From an uncultured Eubacteriales bacterium (GTDB taxonomy: Bacteria; Bacillota; Clostridia; TANB77; CAG-508), in NCBI GenBank assembly GCA_949288095.1, contig CASEIX010000024.1, positions 1 through 58,339 of the forward strand: a DNA stretch of 58,339 bases, read 5' to 3'. The position numbers were made by a program, and so were the translations under genes. This document shows positions 49,411-58,339 of this stretch, in pieces. Position 1 is the first letter of the stretch; each line of letters begins with the position of its first letter. The notes below the pieces were generated by a model. The model was not told the origin of the DNA, did no database searches, and saw only the letters and a program-made list of their open reading frames with translations.

Positions 49411-49652
49411 AAATATAAAAAATAGTGATACTAGTAAAATACTAGAAGTATGATAGAAGAATTAGAAAATTTATTAAAAATTAGGATTTGAAAGAAAGAT
49501 TTTATGAATAATGGAATATAAGTTAAATAAAAAGATATATATGTGATTTATCGAAAAATATCTTTTTAAAAGAATGAAAATATATGAAATTATATAAAAA
49601 GCTTGAAAAAATAAAGAAAACCTGATATATTTAGCTCAAAAGGAGAAAGAAA

Positions 49653-50072
49653 ATGCAAGAAATAAATCAACAAGAAAAAATAGAAGAAATGAGTCCAGAA
49701 GAAAAAAGAAAAGAAGAAAAGAAAAAAATGAGTCCGCAAGCAAAATATAGAGAAGTAACTTCATCAATACAAGTTTTATCTATTAGAGCGATAGCAGAAG
49801 GCAAGCAAGAAATATATGAAAGGTTAAGAAGATTAGCAAAATATTTGGAAGAGGTAAGAGCACAAAGACATTTATGCATGTTATCAGAAAAAGATAGAAT
49901 AGAAGAAGTAAGATATAATGAATTATTAGAATATATTGATAAACAATATGATGGAACAGAAGAGTCTCTAAAAAAGATATGTAGAGAATTGAACAAAAGA
50001 AAAAAAGATATTGAGGATGTATTAAAAGGTTGTGATAAGAAAAGTAATAAATCAAAGGAAGAAGTGAGATAA
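49653..50072 (+). CDS. hypothetical charged/coiled-coil protein
   Basis: SD AAAGGAG is upstream. Its stop overlaps the rdgB start (TAAATG). Confidence 0.5.
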   Translation: MQEINQQEKIEEMSPEEKRKEEKKKMSPQAKYREVTSSIQVLSIRAIAEGKQEIYERLRRLAKYLEEVRAQRHLCMLSEKDRIEEVRYNELLEYIDKQYDGTEESLKKICRELNKRKKDIEDVLKGCDKKSNKSKEEVR

Positions 50073-50654
50073 ATGAAAAAAGTTGTTGTAGCAACCAACA
50101 ATGCAGGAAAATTAAAAGAAATTAAAGATATATTAAAAGATTATCAGTTATTATCTTTAAAAGATGTAAATTGTAAAGTGGAAGTTGAAGAGGATAGGAA
50201 TACATTTGAAGGAAATTCTTTAAAGAAAGCACAAGAAATTTCAGAAATATTACATATGCCTTGTATAGCAGATGATAGTGGTTTATGTATAGATATATAT
50301 GATGGATGGCCAGGGGTTCATACGGCTAGATTTTTAGGCGAAAATGCAACAGCAAAAGAAAGAAATCAATATATTTTAGAAAAAATGAAGGATTTAAAGG
50401 GGACAGATAGAAAAGCAAGAGTAAAATGTTGTATTACTTATTATGAAAATGGCAACTATGTAGTTGGAAAGGGAGAAATACAAGGTAAAATTGCAGAAAG
50501 TCCAAGAGGAGATAATGGCTTTGGCTTTGATGAAATTTTTGAATTAGAAGATGGTAGAACATATGCAGAATTATCTAAAGAAGAAAAAAATCAGATTAGT
50601 CATAGAAGATTAGCTTTGCAAGATTTATTAGCAAAATTAAAAAATTACATATAA
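50073..50654 (+). CDS. rdgB: non-canonical purine NTP (XTP/dITP) pyrophosphatase
   Basis: VVATNNAGKLKEI, ADDSGLCID, GFGFDEIF and SHR motifs of the Ham1/RdgB family. Confidence 0.9.
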   Translation: MKKVVVATNNAGKLKEIKDILKDYQLLSLKDVNCKVEVEEDRNTFEGNSLKKAQEISEILHMPCIADDSGLCIDIYDGWPGVHTARFLGENATAKERNQYILEKMKDLKGTDRKARVKCCITYYENGNYVVGKGEIQGKIAESPRGDNGFGFDEIFELEDGRTYAELSKEEKNQISHRRLALQDLLAKLKNYI

Positions 50655-50695
50655 GGTTTCAAAAGATTCCTTTATATGTGATTTTTTTATATTTT

Positions 50696-50767
50696 TCCCA
50701 GTAGAAGTCTTTATTATTTTTTTGAAATTATCGACGAATGTGCCGTGGAATAGACCTTCTACTGGGA
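50696..50767. repeat. 15/16-bp inverted repeat with 41-nt spacer upstream of addA
   Basis: TCCCAGTAGAAGTCT at 50696..50710 and AGACCTTCTACTGGGA at 50752..50767. The spacer contains GAATGTGCCGTGGAATAGACCT, which is reminiscent of REP pieces. Confidence 0.6.
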
Positions 50768-50853
50768 GGATCTTGAAACTTAAAACAAATATTCTTGTCA
50801 TTCTTGAAAACGAATGATATAATCTAAAAAAACAATAAATAGGAGAAGAGCGT

Positions 50854-53800
50854 ATGGCAGATGTTAAATGGACCAAAGAACAGTCACAAGCAATTCATGA
50901 AAAAGGAACTAATATCTTAGTTGCAGCAGCAGCCGGAAGTGGTAAAACAGCTGTACTAGTTGAAAGAATTATTAATAAAATCATTCAAGAAAAAATAGAT
51001 ATTGATAGATTATTAGTCGTAACCTTTACAAATGCAGCAGCAGCCGAAATGAGAGAAAGGGTATTAGAAGCAATTTATCAAAAATTAGATGAAACACCAG
51101 AAAATGAAAATTTGCAAAGACAAATTACGTTATTAAATAAAGCTAGTATTTGTACAATTGATTCATTTTGTTTAGATGTGGTAAGAAATCATTTTTATGA
51201 ATTAGAAAATATATCACCGAATTTTAGAATTGCAGATACGACAGAAATTGAATTATTAAAACAAGAAGTGTTAGAAGATATATTTGAAGAAAAATATGAA
51301 AATCAGGAAGAAGATTTTGCCCAATTAATTAATACCTATACAAGTTATAGAGATGATACACCTTTAAAAGAATTGATTTTAAAAATTTATACATATATTC
51401 AAAGTAATCCATTTCCAAATCAATGGTTAGATGAAAAAATAGAAATGTTTCATATTCAAGACTTTGAGCAAGATTTTAGTCAAAATCCATGGGGAGAAAT
51501 TTTACTAAAAGAAGTAGAAGAAGAGTTAATTGATGATATTAATACACTAAAAGAACAAGCAGAAAACCTAGAAAAAAATCCTGATTTAGAAAAATATACA
51601 AAAACGATTTTTGATGATATTGATAAATTAGGAATGCTAAAAGTCAATTTAAATAGTTGGGATAAGGCATATGCTATTTATAGCAACTTAGCATTTGCTA
51701 CATGGCCAAGGCAAAAAATTGATTCTGCAATCAAAGACCAAGCAAAGTTGGTTAGAGATGATATTAAAAAGAAAGTGACAAAAAAATTAAATAAAATCTT
51801 TATATACAATTCTGAAGAAGCCAATCAAGATATAGCAGATATGTATCCTATTTTACTAAAATTAAAGCAATTGATATTTGAATTTGGAGAAGAGTTTTCA
51901 AAACGAAAAAGAAATAAAAACATGGTAGATTTTAATGATATTGAACATTTGGCATTACAAATCTTGATAAAAGAAGATGATGGAAAAGTAGAACCAACAG
52001 AAGTGGCAAAAAGCTATAAAGAAAAATTTGTGGAAATTGCCATTGATGAATATCAAGATAGTAATATGGTGCAAGAATACATTTTAACAGCCATTTCAAA
52101 GGGCAATAATATCTTTATGGTAGGGGATGTCAAACAAAGTATTTATAAATTTAGGCAAGCCATGCCAGATTTGTTTTTATCAAAATACAAAACATATCAA
52201 TTAAAAGAAAATAAAAAAGATGAAGATGATTTGAAAATACAATTATTCAAAAACTTTAGAAGTAGAGCAAATGTATTAGATTTCACCAATTTAATATTCC
52301 AAGACATTATGAGCGAAAATTTAGGAGAAATAAACTATACAGAGGAAGAATATTTGAATTTAGGTGCTAGTTATGAAGAAACATCACAAGAATTAGAAAC
52401 AGAAATTGATGTGATTGATTTAAAAGAAAAAGAAGACTTAGCACCTGAGCAAGAAGCAAGAGCAACCGAGGAATTACAAGAGGATAATGAAGAAGAAATA
52501 CAAGAAGAACGAGTAGAAGATATACAAGTTGAGGCAAGATTTGTAGCCAATAAAATAAAATCATTGGTAGAAAGTCATTTTCAAGTATTTGACAGAAAAA
52601 TCAATGGATTTAGAGATATTCAATACAAAGATATTGTTATTCTGTTAAGATCTACCAAAGTCAATGCACCGATTTTTGAAGAAGAAATGATCAATTTAGG
52701 AATGCCAGTATTTTCTGAAAGTTCTCAAGAATATCTAGATTCTATCGAAATTCAAACCATTATGAGTTTATTAAAAATTATCGATAATCCAATTCAAGAT
52801 ATTCCATTAGTAACGGTTTTAAGGTCACATATCGGAAACTTTACAGATGACGAATTGGTAGAGATTCGACTATCTGATAAATATGATAATTTTTATACAG
52901 CTATGCAAAAGGCAAGAATTAATGTAAGTCACGAATTAAAAGAAAAAATAGATACCTTCTTTCAAAACTTAGAGAAATGGAGAAAAGAAAAAGAATATTT
53001 GGCATTAGATGAATTCATCTGGAAATTATATTCAGATCCCCACTATTATACATATGTAGGATTGATGCCAAATGGAGATATCAGACAAGCCAATCTAAAA
53101 ATGTTATTTGAAAGAGCAAAACAATATGAAACTGCAAGTTTTAAAGGTTTATATAATTTTATACAATTTATAGAAAAACTCCATGTAGGAAGTAATGATT
53201 TGGGTGCTGCAAAACTAATAGGGGAAAATGATGATGTTATCAGAATTATGAGTATCCATAAAAGTAAGGGATTGGAATTCCCAGTTGTCTTTTTATCAGC
53301 AACAGGAAAACAATTTAATTTAATGGATTTAAATCAAAATATATTATTACATCAAGAATTAGGAATTGGTGTCAAATATATCGATTATGAAAGACAAGTC
53401 CAATATGATACTCTAACCAAAGAGGCTATTAGAAATAAAATTTTAACAGAAACCTTATCAGAAGAAATGAGAATATTGTATGTTGCTTTAACAAGAGCAA
53501 AAGAAAAATTATATATTACAGGATTAAAAAGAGATTACGAAAAAGAAATGGAAAATATGCAAAAGCAAGTCAGTCGTTATCATAAGGTAAATGACAAGAT
53601 AAACTATATTTTAGTGAAAAAGTATAAAAAATATTTAGATTGGATTTTATTAGTTTATCTATATGAGAAAGAAAATAAAGACCAATTATTAACATTAAAT
53701 GCATGGAATAAGCAAGAACTATTAAAGTCTTTTGAAAAACCAAAAGAAGAAATGGTAGATATTAAAGAACAGTTAGAAAATACAACTATTCAAAAAGATG

Positions 53801-54585
53801 AATTTGAAAAAATCAATACCATTTTGAATTATACATATACACATCAATTAGCAACAACAATTCCAACAATGACATCTGTTACAAAAATTAAGCAAATGAA
53901 AATGCAAGCAAATAGTAATGTCAATACAGATACAGTAGGAGAAAAAGAAAATACATATGTAATTAGCAAACCAAAAAACATGGAAAGTGAAATGGAGTTA
54001 GAAAATCAAGTTGAAAATCAATTGACTTTCAATAAACCAAATTTCATGAGAGAAGATAAAGATGATGTTGTCACTCCTGCACAAAAAGGAACTCTCGTTC
54101 ATATGTGTATGCAAAGATTAGATGAAACAAAAGAATATACATTAGAAATGATACAAGCTTTAATAGAAGATTTAGTAAAAAGAGAAATCATCACAGAGAA
54201 AGAAGCAAAAAGTATTAATCCATATAAGGTATTAGAATTTACAAAATCAACCATTTGGAAAGCTTTGAAATCTGCAAAAAAGGTATATAAAGAAAGACCA
54301 TTTTTTATCAATATACCAGCAAAAGAAATTTATGAAGAAGAAGTAGAAGAGGAGATTTTAGTACAAGGAATTATTGATTTGTATTATATTGGTCAAAATG
54401 ATGAAGTGGTTTTAGTAGATTATAAAACAGACTATGTGGAAAAAGGAAAAGAAAGCGAATTAGTAGAAAAATATATTTCACAACTAGAATTATATAAAAA
54501 AGCATTAGAAGAAAGTTTACAAAGAAAAGTAGATAAAACATATATATATTCTGTATATCTAGGAAAAGAAATTGAAATTGCTTGA
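50854..54585 (+). CDS. addA: ATP-dependent helicase/nuclease subunit A (AddA)
   Basis: UvrD-like N-terminus WTKEQSQAIHEKGTNILVAAAAGSGKTAVLVERI and the C-terminal RecB-type nuclease motif GIIDLYY...VLVDYKTD. Confidence 0.9.
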   Translation: MADVKWTKEQSQAIHEKGTNILVAAAAGSGKTAVLVERIINKIIQEKIDIDRLLVVTFTNAAAAEMRERVLEAIYQKLDETPENENLQRQITLLNKASICTIDSFCLDVVRNHFYELENISPNFRIADTTEIELLKQEVLEDIFEEKYENQEEDFAQLINTYTSYRDDTPLKELILKIYTYIQSNPFPNQWLDEKIEMFHIQDFEQDFSQNPWGEILLKEVEEELIDDINTLKEQAENLEKNPDLEKYTKTIFDDIDKLGMLKVNLNSWDKAYAIYSNLAFATWPRQKIDSAIKDQAKLVRDDIKKKVTKKLNKIFIYNSEEANQDIADMYPILLKLKQLIFEFGEEFSKRKRNKNMVDFNDIEHLALQILIKEDDGKVEPTEVAKSYKEKFVEIAIDEYQDSNMVQEYILTAISKGNNIFMVGDVKQSIYKFRQAMPDLFLSKYKTYQLKENKKDEDDLKIQLFKNFRSRANVLDFTNLIFQDIMSENLGEINYTEEEYLNLGASYEETSQELETEIDVIDLKEKEDLAPEQEARATEELQEDNEEEIQEERVEDIQVEARFVANKIKSLVESHFQVFDRKINGFRDIQYKDIVILLRSTKVNAPIFEEEMINLGMPVFSESSQEYLDSIEIQTIMSLLKIIDNPIQDIPLVTVLRSHIGNFTDDELVEIRLSDKYDNFYTAMQKARINVSHELKEKIDTFFQNLEKWRKEKEYLALDEFIWKLYSDPHYYTYVGLMPNGDIRQANLKMLFERAKQYETASFKGLYNFIQFIEKLHVGSNDLGAAKLIGENDDVIRIMSIHKSKGLEFPVVFLSATGKQFNLMDLNQNILLHQELGIGVKYIDYERQVQYDTLTKEAIRNKILTETLSEEMRILYVALTRAKEKLYITGLKRDYEKEMENMQKQVSRYHKVNDKINYILVKKYKKYLDWILLVYLYEKENKDQLLTLNAWNKQELLKSFEKPKEEMVDIKEQLENTTIQKDEFEKINTILNYTYTHQLATTIPTMTSVTKIKQMKMQANSNVNTDTVGEKENTYVISKPKNMESEMELENQVENQLTFNKPNFMREDKDDVVTPAQKGTLVHMCMQRLDETKEYTLEMIQALIEDLVKREIITEKEAKSINPYKVLEFTKSTIWKALKSAKKVYKERPFFINIPAKEIYEEEVEEEILVQGIIDLYYIGQNDEVVLVDYKTDYVEKGKESELVEKYISQLELYKKALEESLQRKVDKTYIYSVYLGKEIEIA

Positions 54586-54642
54586 AAATTATGTAGACTT
54601 TTGGTATAATAAGGATAGATTGTAAAGAAATGGGGAAGAAAA

Positions 54643-55113
54643 ATGAGTAGAGTAAAAACATTATTGATGTATGCCTTATGGATTGTACTGTTTATTATAT
54701 TTTCTGAGTTTCTAATTAATGTTGGTTTGAATTCAACTTATAAGCCAATAGAAAGAAGAGATAATGTGTCACAAGTCAATGTATATCAAGCAGAGGCAAC
54801 ACTTGTCAATGGAAGAATAAGGGGATTAATAACTAATTCAGAAACAAATAATATAAGTAATAAATATTTAGAATTTGATTTTTATTCTGAAAGAGATGTA
54901 TTTTTAGGGAAAAAAATCATTGATATTAATGAATTAGAAGCTAATGAAATACAAAACTTTGAGATTTTATTTAAATTGGAAGATGTGGACTATTATACAG
55001 TTAGTGTATTAGATGAAAGACCTGAAGGTGAGGAAATAGAAATTCTTCCTGAAGGTTGGACAACTGCAGAAATAATAGTAGCAACTGCCTTTACATTGCT
55101 AATTTTCTGGTAG
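54643..55113 (+). CDS. membrane protein, unknown function (TM helix at each end)
   Basis: N-terminal TM helix LLMYALWIVLFIIFSEFLI and C-terminal TM helix IIVATAFTLLIFW. The stop TAG abuts the fold-back element. Confidence 0.6.
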   Translation: MSRVKTLLMYALWIVLFIIFSEFLINVGLNSTYKPIERRDNVSQVNVYQAEATLVNGRIRGLITNSETNNISNKYLEFDFYSERDVFLGKKIIDINELEANEIQNFEILFKLEDVDYYTVSVLDERPEGEEIEILPEGWTTAEIIVATAFTLLIFW

Positions 55114-55460
55114 TGGAACGTTAGGGACGTGTCAAATCGTTTCAAAATGGGTCAAAAGGGACAGACCTTAACCTGCCCACCAAGGAAACTTGTGTTTATA
55201 TAAAGTCATTCACAATTTTGTATAAGCTAAATTTTCATAGAATTCTAAAAGAAAAAGATGTATTCATGCACTCAGACCCTCTCGTAACGAGAGTACCGTG
55301 CAATTCGTACATCTTTTTCTTTAAGAATCTCTATATTCAAATTTAGATACGCAAAATTGATTCATTCTTTTATATAAACACAAGTTCCCTTGGTGGGCAG
55401 GTTAAGGTCTGTCCCTTTTGACCCATTTTGAAACGATTTGATACGTCCCTAACGTTCCAC
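55113..55460. repeat. ~348-bp nested fold-back element, copy B
   Basis: Same layered architecture and nearly identical core as 7389..7733, with a different but internally complementary middle layer. It fills the whole gap between two convergent genes. Confidence 0.9.
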
Positions 55461-57218
55461 TCCTGCCCAAAGAGTTTTATTATTTTTATAAATCACCATA
55501 CCAGGTTTTGCACCATTTGGTTTTTTTACATATTTTACTTCACAAAAGTCCACAGGTACGTTAGAAGAATTTCTAGCTTTACTATGGTAAGCTGCAATTT
55601 CTGCACATTTTAATAAAATATCATCTTTAGGAATAGGAGAACCATTTAGGACTAAAATACAATGGCTTCCATGAATATCTTTGGCATGAAACCATAAATC
55701 TGTTTTTTTTGCATATTTTAAAGTTAAATAGTCATTTTCCATATTGTTTCGACCAACTAAAAGCGTATAATCTTCAATTTTATATTTGATTGGATTAAAG
55801 TGTACATATTTATTTTTGGTTAATTTTGATTTTTTTACTTTCGGATTTTTCTTTTCTTTATATTTTTCCGTTTTTTCTTTAAAAACAGAGCTTTCAGAAA
55901 TTTCTTCAAAAACATTACTAATATCTTCTATGGTAGAACAAGCTTCTAATTCATAAATAACACTTTCTATATAATCTAAATCTTTCATTGTCTCTTCTTT
56001 TTGTTCTCCAACAATCAGCAAAGCATTTTTTAATTTATTATATTTTTTAAAAAATAGTTTGGCATTATGACTAGGAGAATAACGTTTATCCAAAGGAATC
56101 GTAATCATTTTATTATTGTCATAATAATTTTCTAAAGATACTGTATCGGTATTTTCATTTTTAATTCTATACAAATTTGCTGTGATAAGTTCACCATATA
56201 ATTTATAAGTATCCATCTGGTCACATTCTTTTAGTTTTTCATTAATGTTATATAGTCTTTTGTTATATTTTTTTAGTGTATCTAAAATCAATTTTGAAAC
56301 ACTATTTCTATATACTTTAAATTCTTCAGATGTTTCTTTATGAAAATAATAATCATCAATGAAAAAGTTAATAGAAAAAGAATCTGAAGATGAATCCTTT
56401 TTGCATAAAATATAATCTTTTACATTTCCCTTATCATCTTTTATAGTATCAAAGCCTAACTGCAAAGAATCTGTTGCATCAATCACATGTTTCATATTTG
56501 CATAAATGGTTTCTAAATTTTTATCGTCTATTTTAGATGAAGTATCTAAATGTAGTGTTTCAACAATATGACTAATAAAACTTTTACTAATTCCATTAAA
56601 AATATTAGAAATGTGTGAAGGTAGATCAGACATGTGCATCTTTTCAAAATCAAAATCAAAATCTAAATTTAATTTTAATTTGAAATCTTGAAAATTAGTA
56701 ACTTCTAAAAAATTCAACTTATTTGTAGAAGGATATACATATTTTACATGTGGGACAATTTCTCTGGTCAATTCATTATCAGAAGAAATATGTCGTAAAC
56801 TATCGATAATCACATTATTTTCATCCACTAAAATGACATTACAATGTCTTCCCATTAATTCTATAATTAATTTTTTGGTAATAATATCATCTATATCATC
56901 AAAACCCTCAAACTCAATGGTAATGACTCTTTCTAAATTGACAGAAATAATATTTTTGATACGTAATCCAATTAAATATTTTCTTAATAACATACAAAAA
57001 TTTAATGCATTTTTAGGATTCAGTTTTGTATGTGTTGTTAAATGTAATCGATAATTTTGTGCATTTGTACAAATGTTTAATGCATAATTAACACCATTTA
57101 AATAAAAGCCTAAAACAATATCATTTTTATTTGGTTCATATACTTTATCAATTCTAGCACCAATTAGTTGTTGTAATTCAGAGGTAATTGCTTTTGTCAC
57201 AATTCCATCAAATGCCAT
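55449..57218 (-). CDS. rqcH: ribosome quality-control factor RqcH (NFACT / FbpA family)
   Basis: N-terminus MAFDGIVTKAITSELQQLIGARIDKVYEP and the NFACT-R block DLWFHAKDIHGSHCIL. The last codons GTG GAA CGT TAG lie in the repeat. Confidence 0.9.
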   Translation of the reverse strand: MAFDGIVTKAITSELQQLIGARIDKVYEPNKNDIVLGFYLNGVNYALNICTNAQNYRLHLTTHTKLNPKNALNFCMLLRKYLIGLRIKNIISVNLERVITIEFEGFDDIDDIITKKLIIELMGRHCNVILVDENNVIIDSLRHISSDNELTREIVPHVKYVYPSTNKLNFLEVTNFQDFKLKLNLDFDFDFEKMHMSDLPSHISNIFNGISKSFISHIVETLHLDTSSKIDDKNLETIYANMKHVIDATDSLQLGFDTIKDDKGNVKDYILCKKDSSSDSFSINFFIDDYYFHKETSEEFKVYRNSVSKLILDTLKKYNKRLYNINEKLKECDQMDTYKLYGELITANLYRIKNENTDTVSLENYYDNNKMITIPLDKRYSPSHNAKLFFKKYNKLKNALLIVGEQKEETMKDLDYIESVIYELEACSTIEDISNVFEEISESSVFKEKTEKYKEKKNPKVKKSKLTKNKYVHFNPIKYKIEDYTLLVGRNNMENDYLTLKYAKKTDLWFHAKDIHGSHCILVLNGSPIPKDDILLKCAEIAAYHSKARNSSNVPVDFCEVKYVKKPNGAKPGMVIYKNNKTLWAGVER

Positions 57219-57417
57219 AATTTGTCACTCCTTTATCTGTATACATATATCATATATGATACCACATTTTTAGGGACAAATCTAGTGATGCTAGACTTTT
57301 CATGTAAAAATGTATTGATAAATTAATTTTTTAATTATATAATAAGGAAAACTGTAAATTGTAACGGAAAAAATATGTTAATAAAATTAAAGACTTATAT
57401 AAAAAAGGAAGATGCTT

Positions 57418-58339
57418 ATGAAGTATAATGTACAAGAATTAAGTTTAGAAGAAAAAATTGGTCAAATGATCATTATTGGATTAAATACAGAAACAGCAGT
57501 AAAAAATTTAGAGGAAATTGTCGGAAAATACAAAGTAGGCGGTGTTTTATTATATAAAAAGAACTATCATCAAAGCTATGATGAAATGATAGAATTGGTC
57601 AATAAAATCAAAACATTAAATCAAAAAAACAAAATACCGATGTTTATTTCAATTGACCAAGAAGGTGGTAGAGTGAATAGAACACCAAAAGAATTTGAAA
57701 ATCTTCCAGCAGCTAATAAATTAGTAAAAAAGATTGGAGAAGAAGATTTTGTAAAACGTTCGGGAGAAATTACAGGAGAAATTCTAAATAAATTAGGTAT
57801 CAATATGGATTTTGCACCTGTTTTAGATATCAAAAGATTTAGTGACAACCATGCGATTGGTGATAGAGCATATAGTGAAAATATAGAAGAAGTATCAACA
57901 TATGGAATAGAATATATGCAAGCTCTGCAAAAACATGGAATTATATCTGTTGCTAAACATTTTCCAGGTCATGGAGCGACCAAAACAGACTCACATTTTC
58001 ATCTTCCTAAAATTGAAGAAGACATGGAAACTTTAGAAAAGGAAGATATGCAACCTTTTAAAAACGCCATAGAACATAAAGTAGATGGAATCTTAATAGG
58101 CCATTTAAAAATATCAAAAGTAACTGGTAATTTACCAGCATCTATGTCTAAGCGATTTATTACAAAATATTTAAGAAAAAAATATCGCTATAATGGATTA
58201 GTCATTACAGATGATGTCAGAATGAAAGGTGTTAGAATTCGTTATGGAAAAAACAATCCTGTAAAAAAAGCATTTTTAGCATGTAATGATATCATTATAT
58301 TTAAATATGATAATGATATTCATGTTATTGATAAAATCA
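57418..58339 (+). CDS. nagZ: glycoside hydrolase family 3 beta-N-acetylhexosaminidase (NagZ-like), 3' end outside window
   Basis: EEKIGQMIIIG, SIDQEGGRVNR and KHFPGHG motifs. The frame is open to the window edge and is not listed in the ORF track. Confidence 0.8.
   Translation, partial: MKYNVQELSLEEKIGQMIIIGLNTETAVKNLEEIVGKYKVGGVLLYKKNYHQSYDEMIELVNKIKTLNQKNKIPMFISIDQEGGRVNRTPKEFENLPAANKLVKKIGEEDFVKRSGEITGEILNKLGINMDFAPVLDIKRFSDNHAIGDRAYSENIEEVSTYGIEYMQALQKHGIISVAKHFPGHGATKTDSHFHLPKIEEDMETLEKEDMQPFKNAIEHKVDGILIGHLKISKVTGNLPASMSKRFITKYLRKKYRYNGLVITDDVRMKGVRIRYGKNNPVKKAFLACNDIIIFKYDNDIHVIDKI

Noticed and set aside
41456-50072. The tRNA-Leu-adjacent block considered as an integrated prophage or integrative element.
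   Set aside because: No integrase, recombinase, or phage or conjugation structural gene is recognisable. I found no direct repeat of the tRNA 3' end to mark an att site. I kept it only as an accessory-looking block.
7389-55460. The dispersed GGGAC-containing repeats considered as a possible CRISPR array.
   Set aside because: The copies are kilobases apart, occur in both orientations, are internally palindromic and often overlap gene ends. There is no regular repeat-spacer periodicity and there are no cas genes.
55428-55613. A 61-aa + strand ORF at the right arm of fold-back element B.
   Set aside because: It begins inside the repeat and runs antisense to the well-supported rqcH 3' end, so it is an artefact.

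Overview
This is a 58.3-kb, visibly AT-rich chromosomal window from an endospore-forming Firmicute with Clostridia-like gene content. Nearly all genes are on the + strand.

Backbone genes, in order:
- the 3' part of an ISLre2-type transposase, then small hydrolase genes and yebC
- a complete spoIIIAA-AH operon and two XRE regulators
- accC, then accD-accA-fabI
- a T-box-controlled ileS
- an ABC-2 exporter pair, a ybaK-like deacylase and a class-3 fbp
- a DUF3006 + MBL pair
- rny-ymdB-spoVS, dut, carD, tRNA-Leu(UAA), an SDR, rdgB and addA
- rqcH (the only long minus-strand gene) and a 3'-truncated GH3 nagZ-like gene

Unusual content:
1. A dispersed palindromic repeat family (GTGGAACGTTAGGGACGTG...AAAGGGACAGACCT) has nine ends in the window.
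   - It brackets a RAYT-type HUH transposase in a REPtron-like arrangement (27903..29136).
   - It forms the outer layer of two ~345-bp nested fold-back elements whose arms show compensatory changes (7389..7733 and 55113..55460).
   - It supplies the last codons plus the TAG stop of five genes: ileS, fbp, spoIIIAG, rqcH and a 657-aa membrane protein.
2. A 1,994-aa orphan SF2-helicase giant protein with short flanking ORFs lies just downstream of tRNA-Leu (about 42.6-50.1 kb). It is a candidate conflict or defence module with no recognisable partner genes.
3. Two paralogous prepilin-like N-terminal modules are fused to BspA-type LRR or GLUG repeat domains.

No CRISPR array, rRNA or intact prophage was seen. 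All calls come from motif recognition by eye and no database search was possible.
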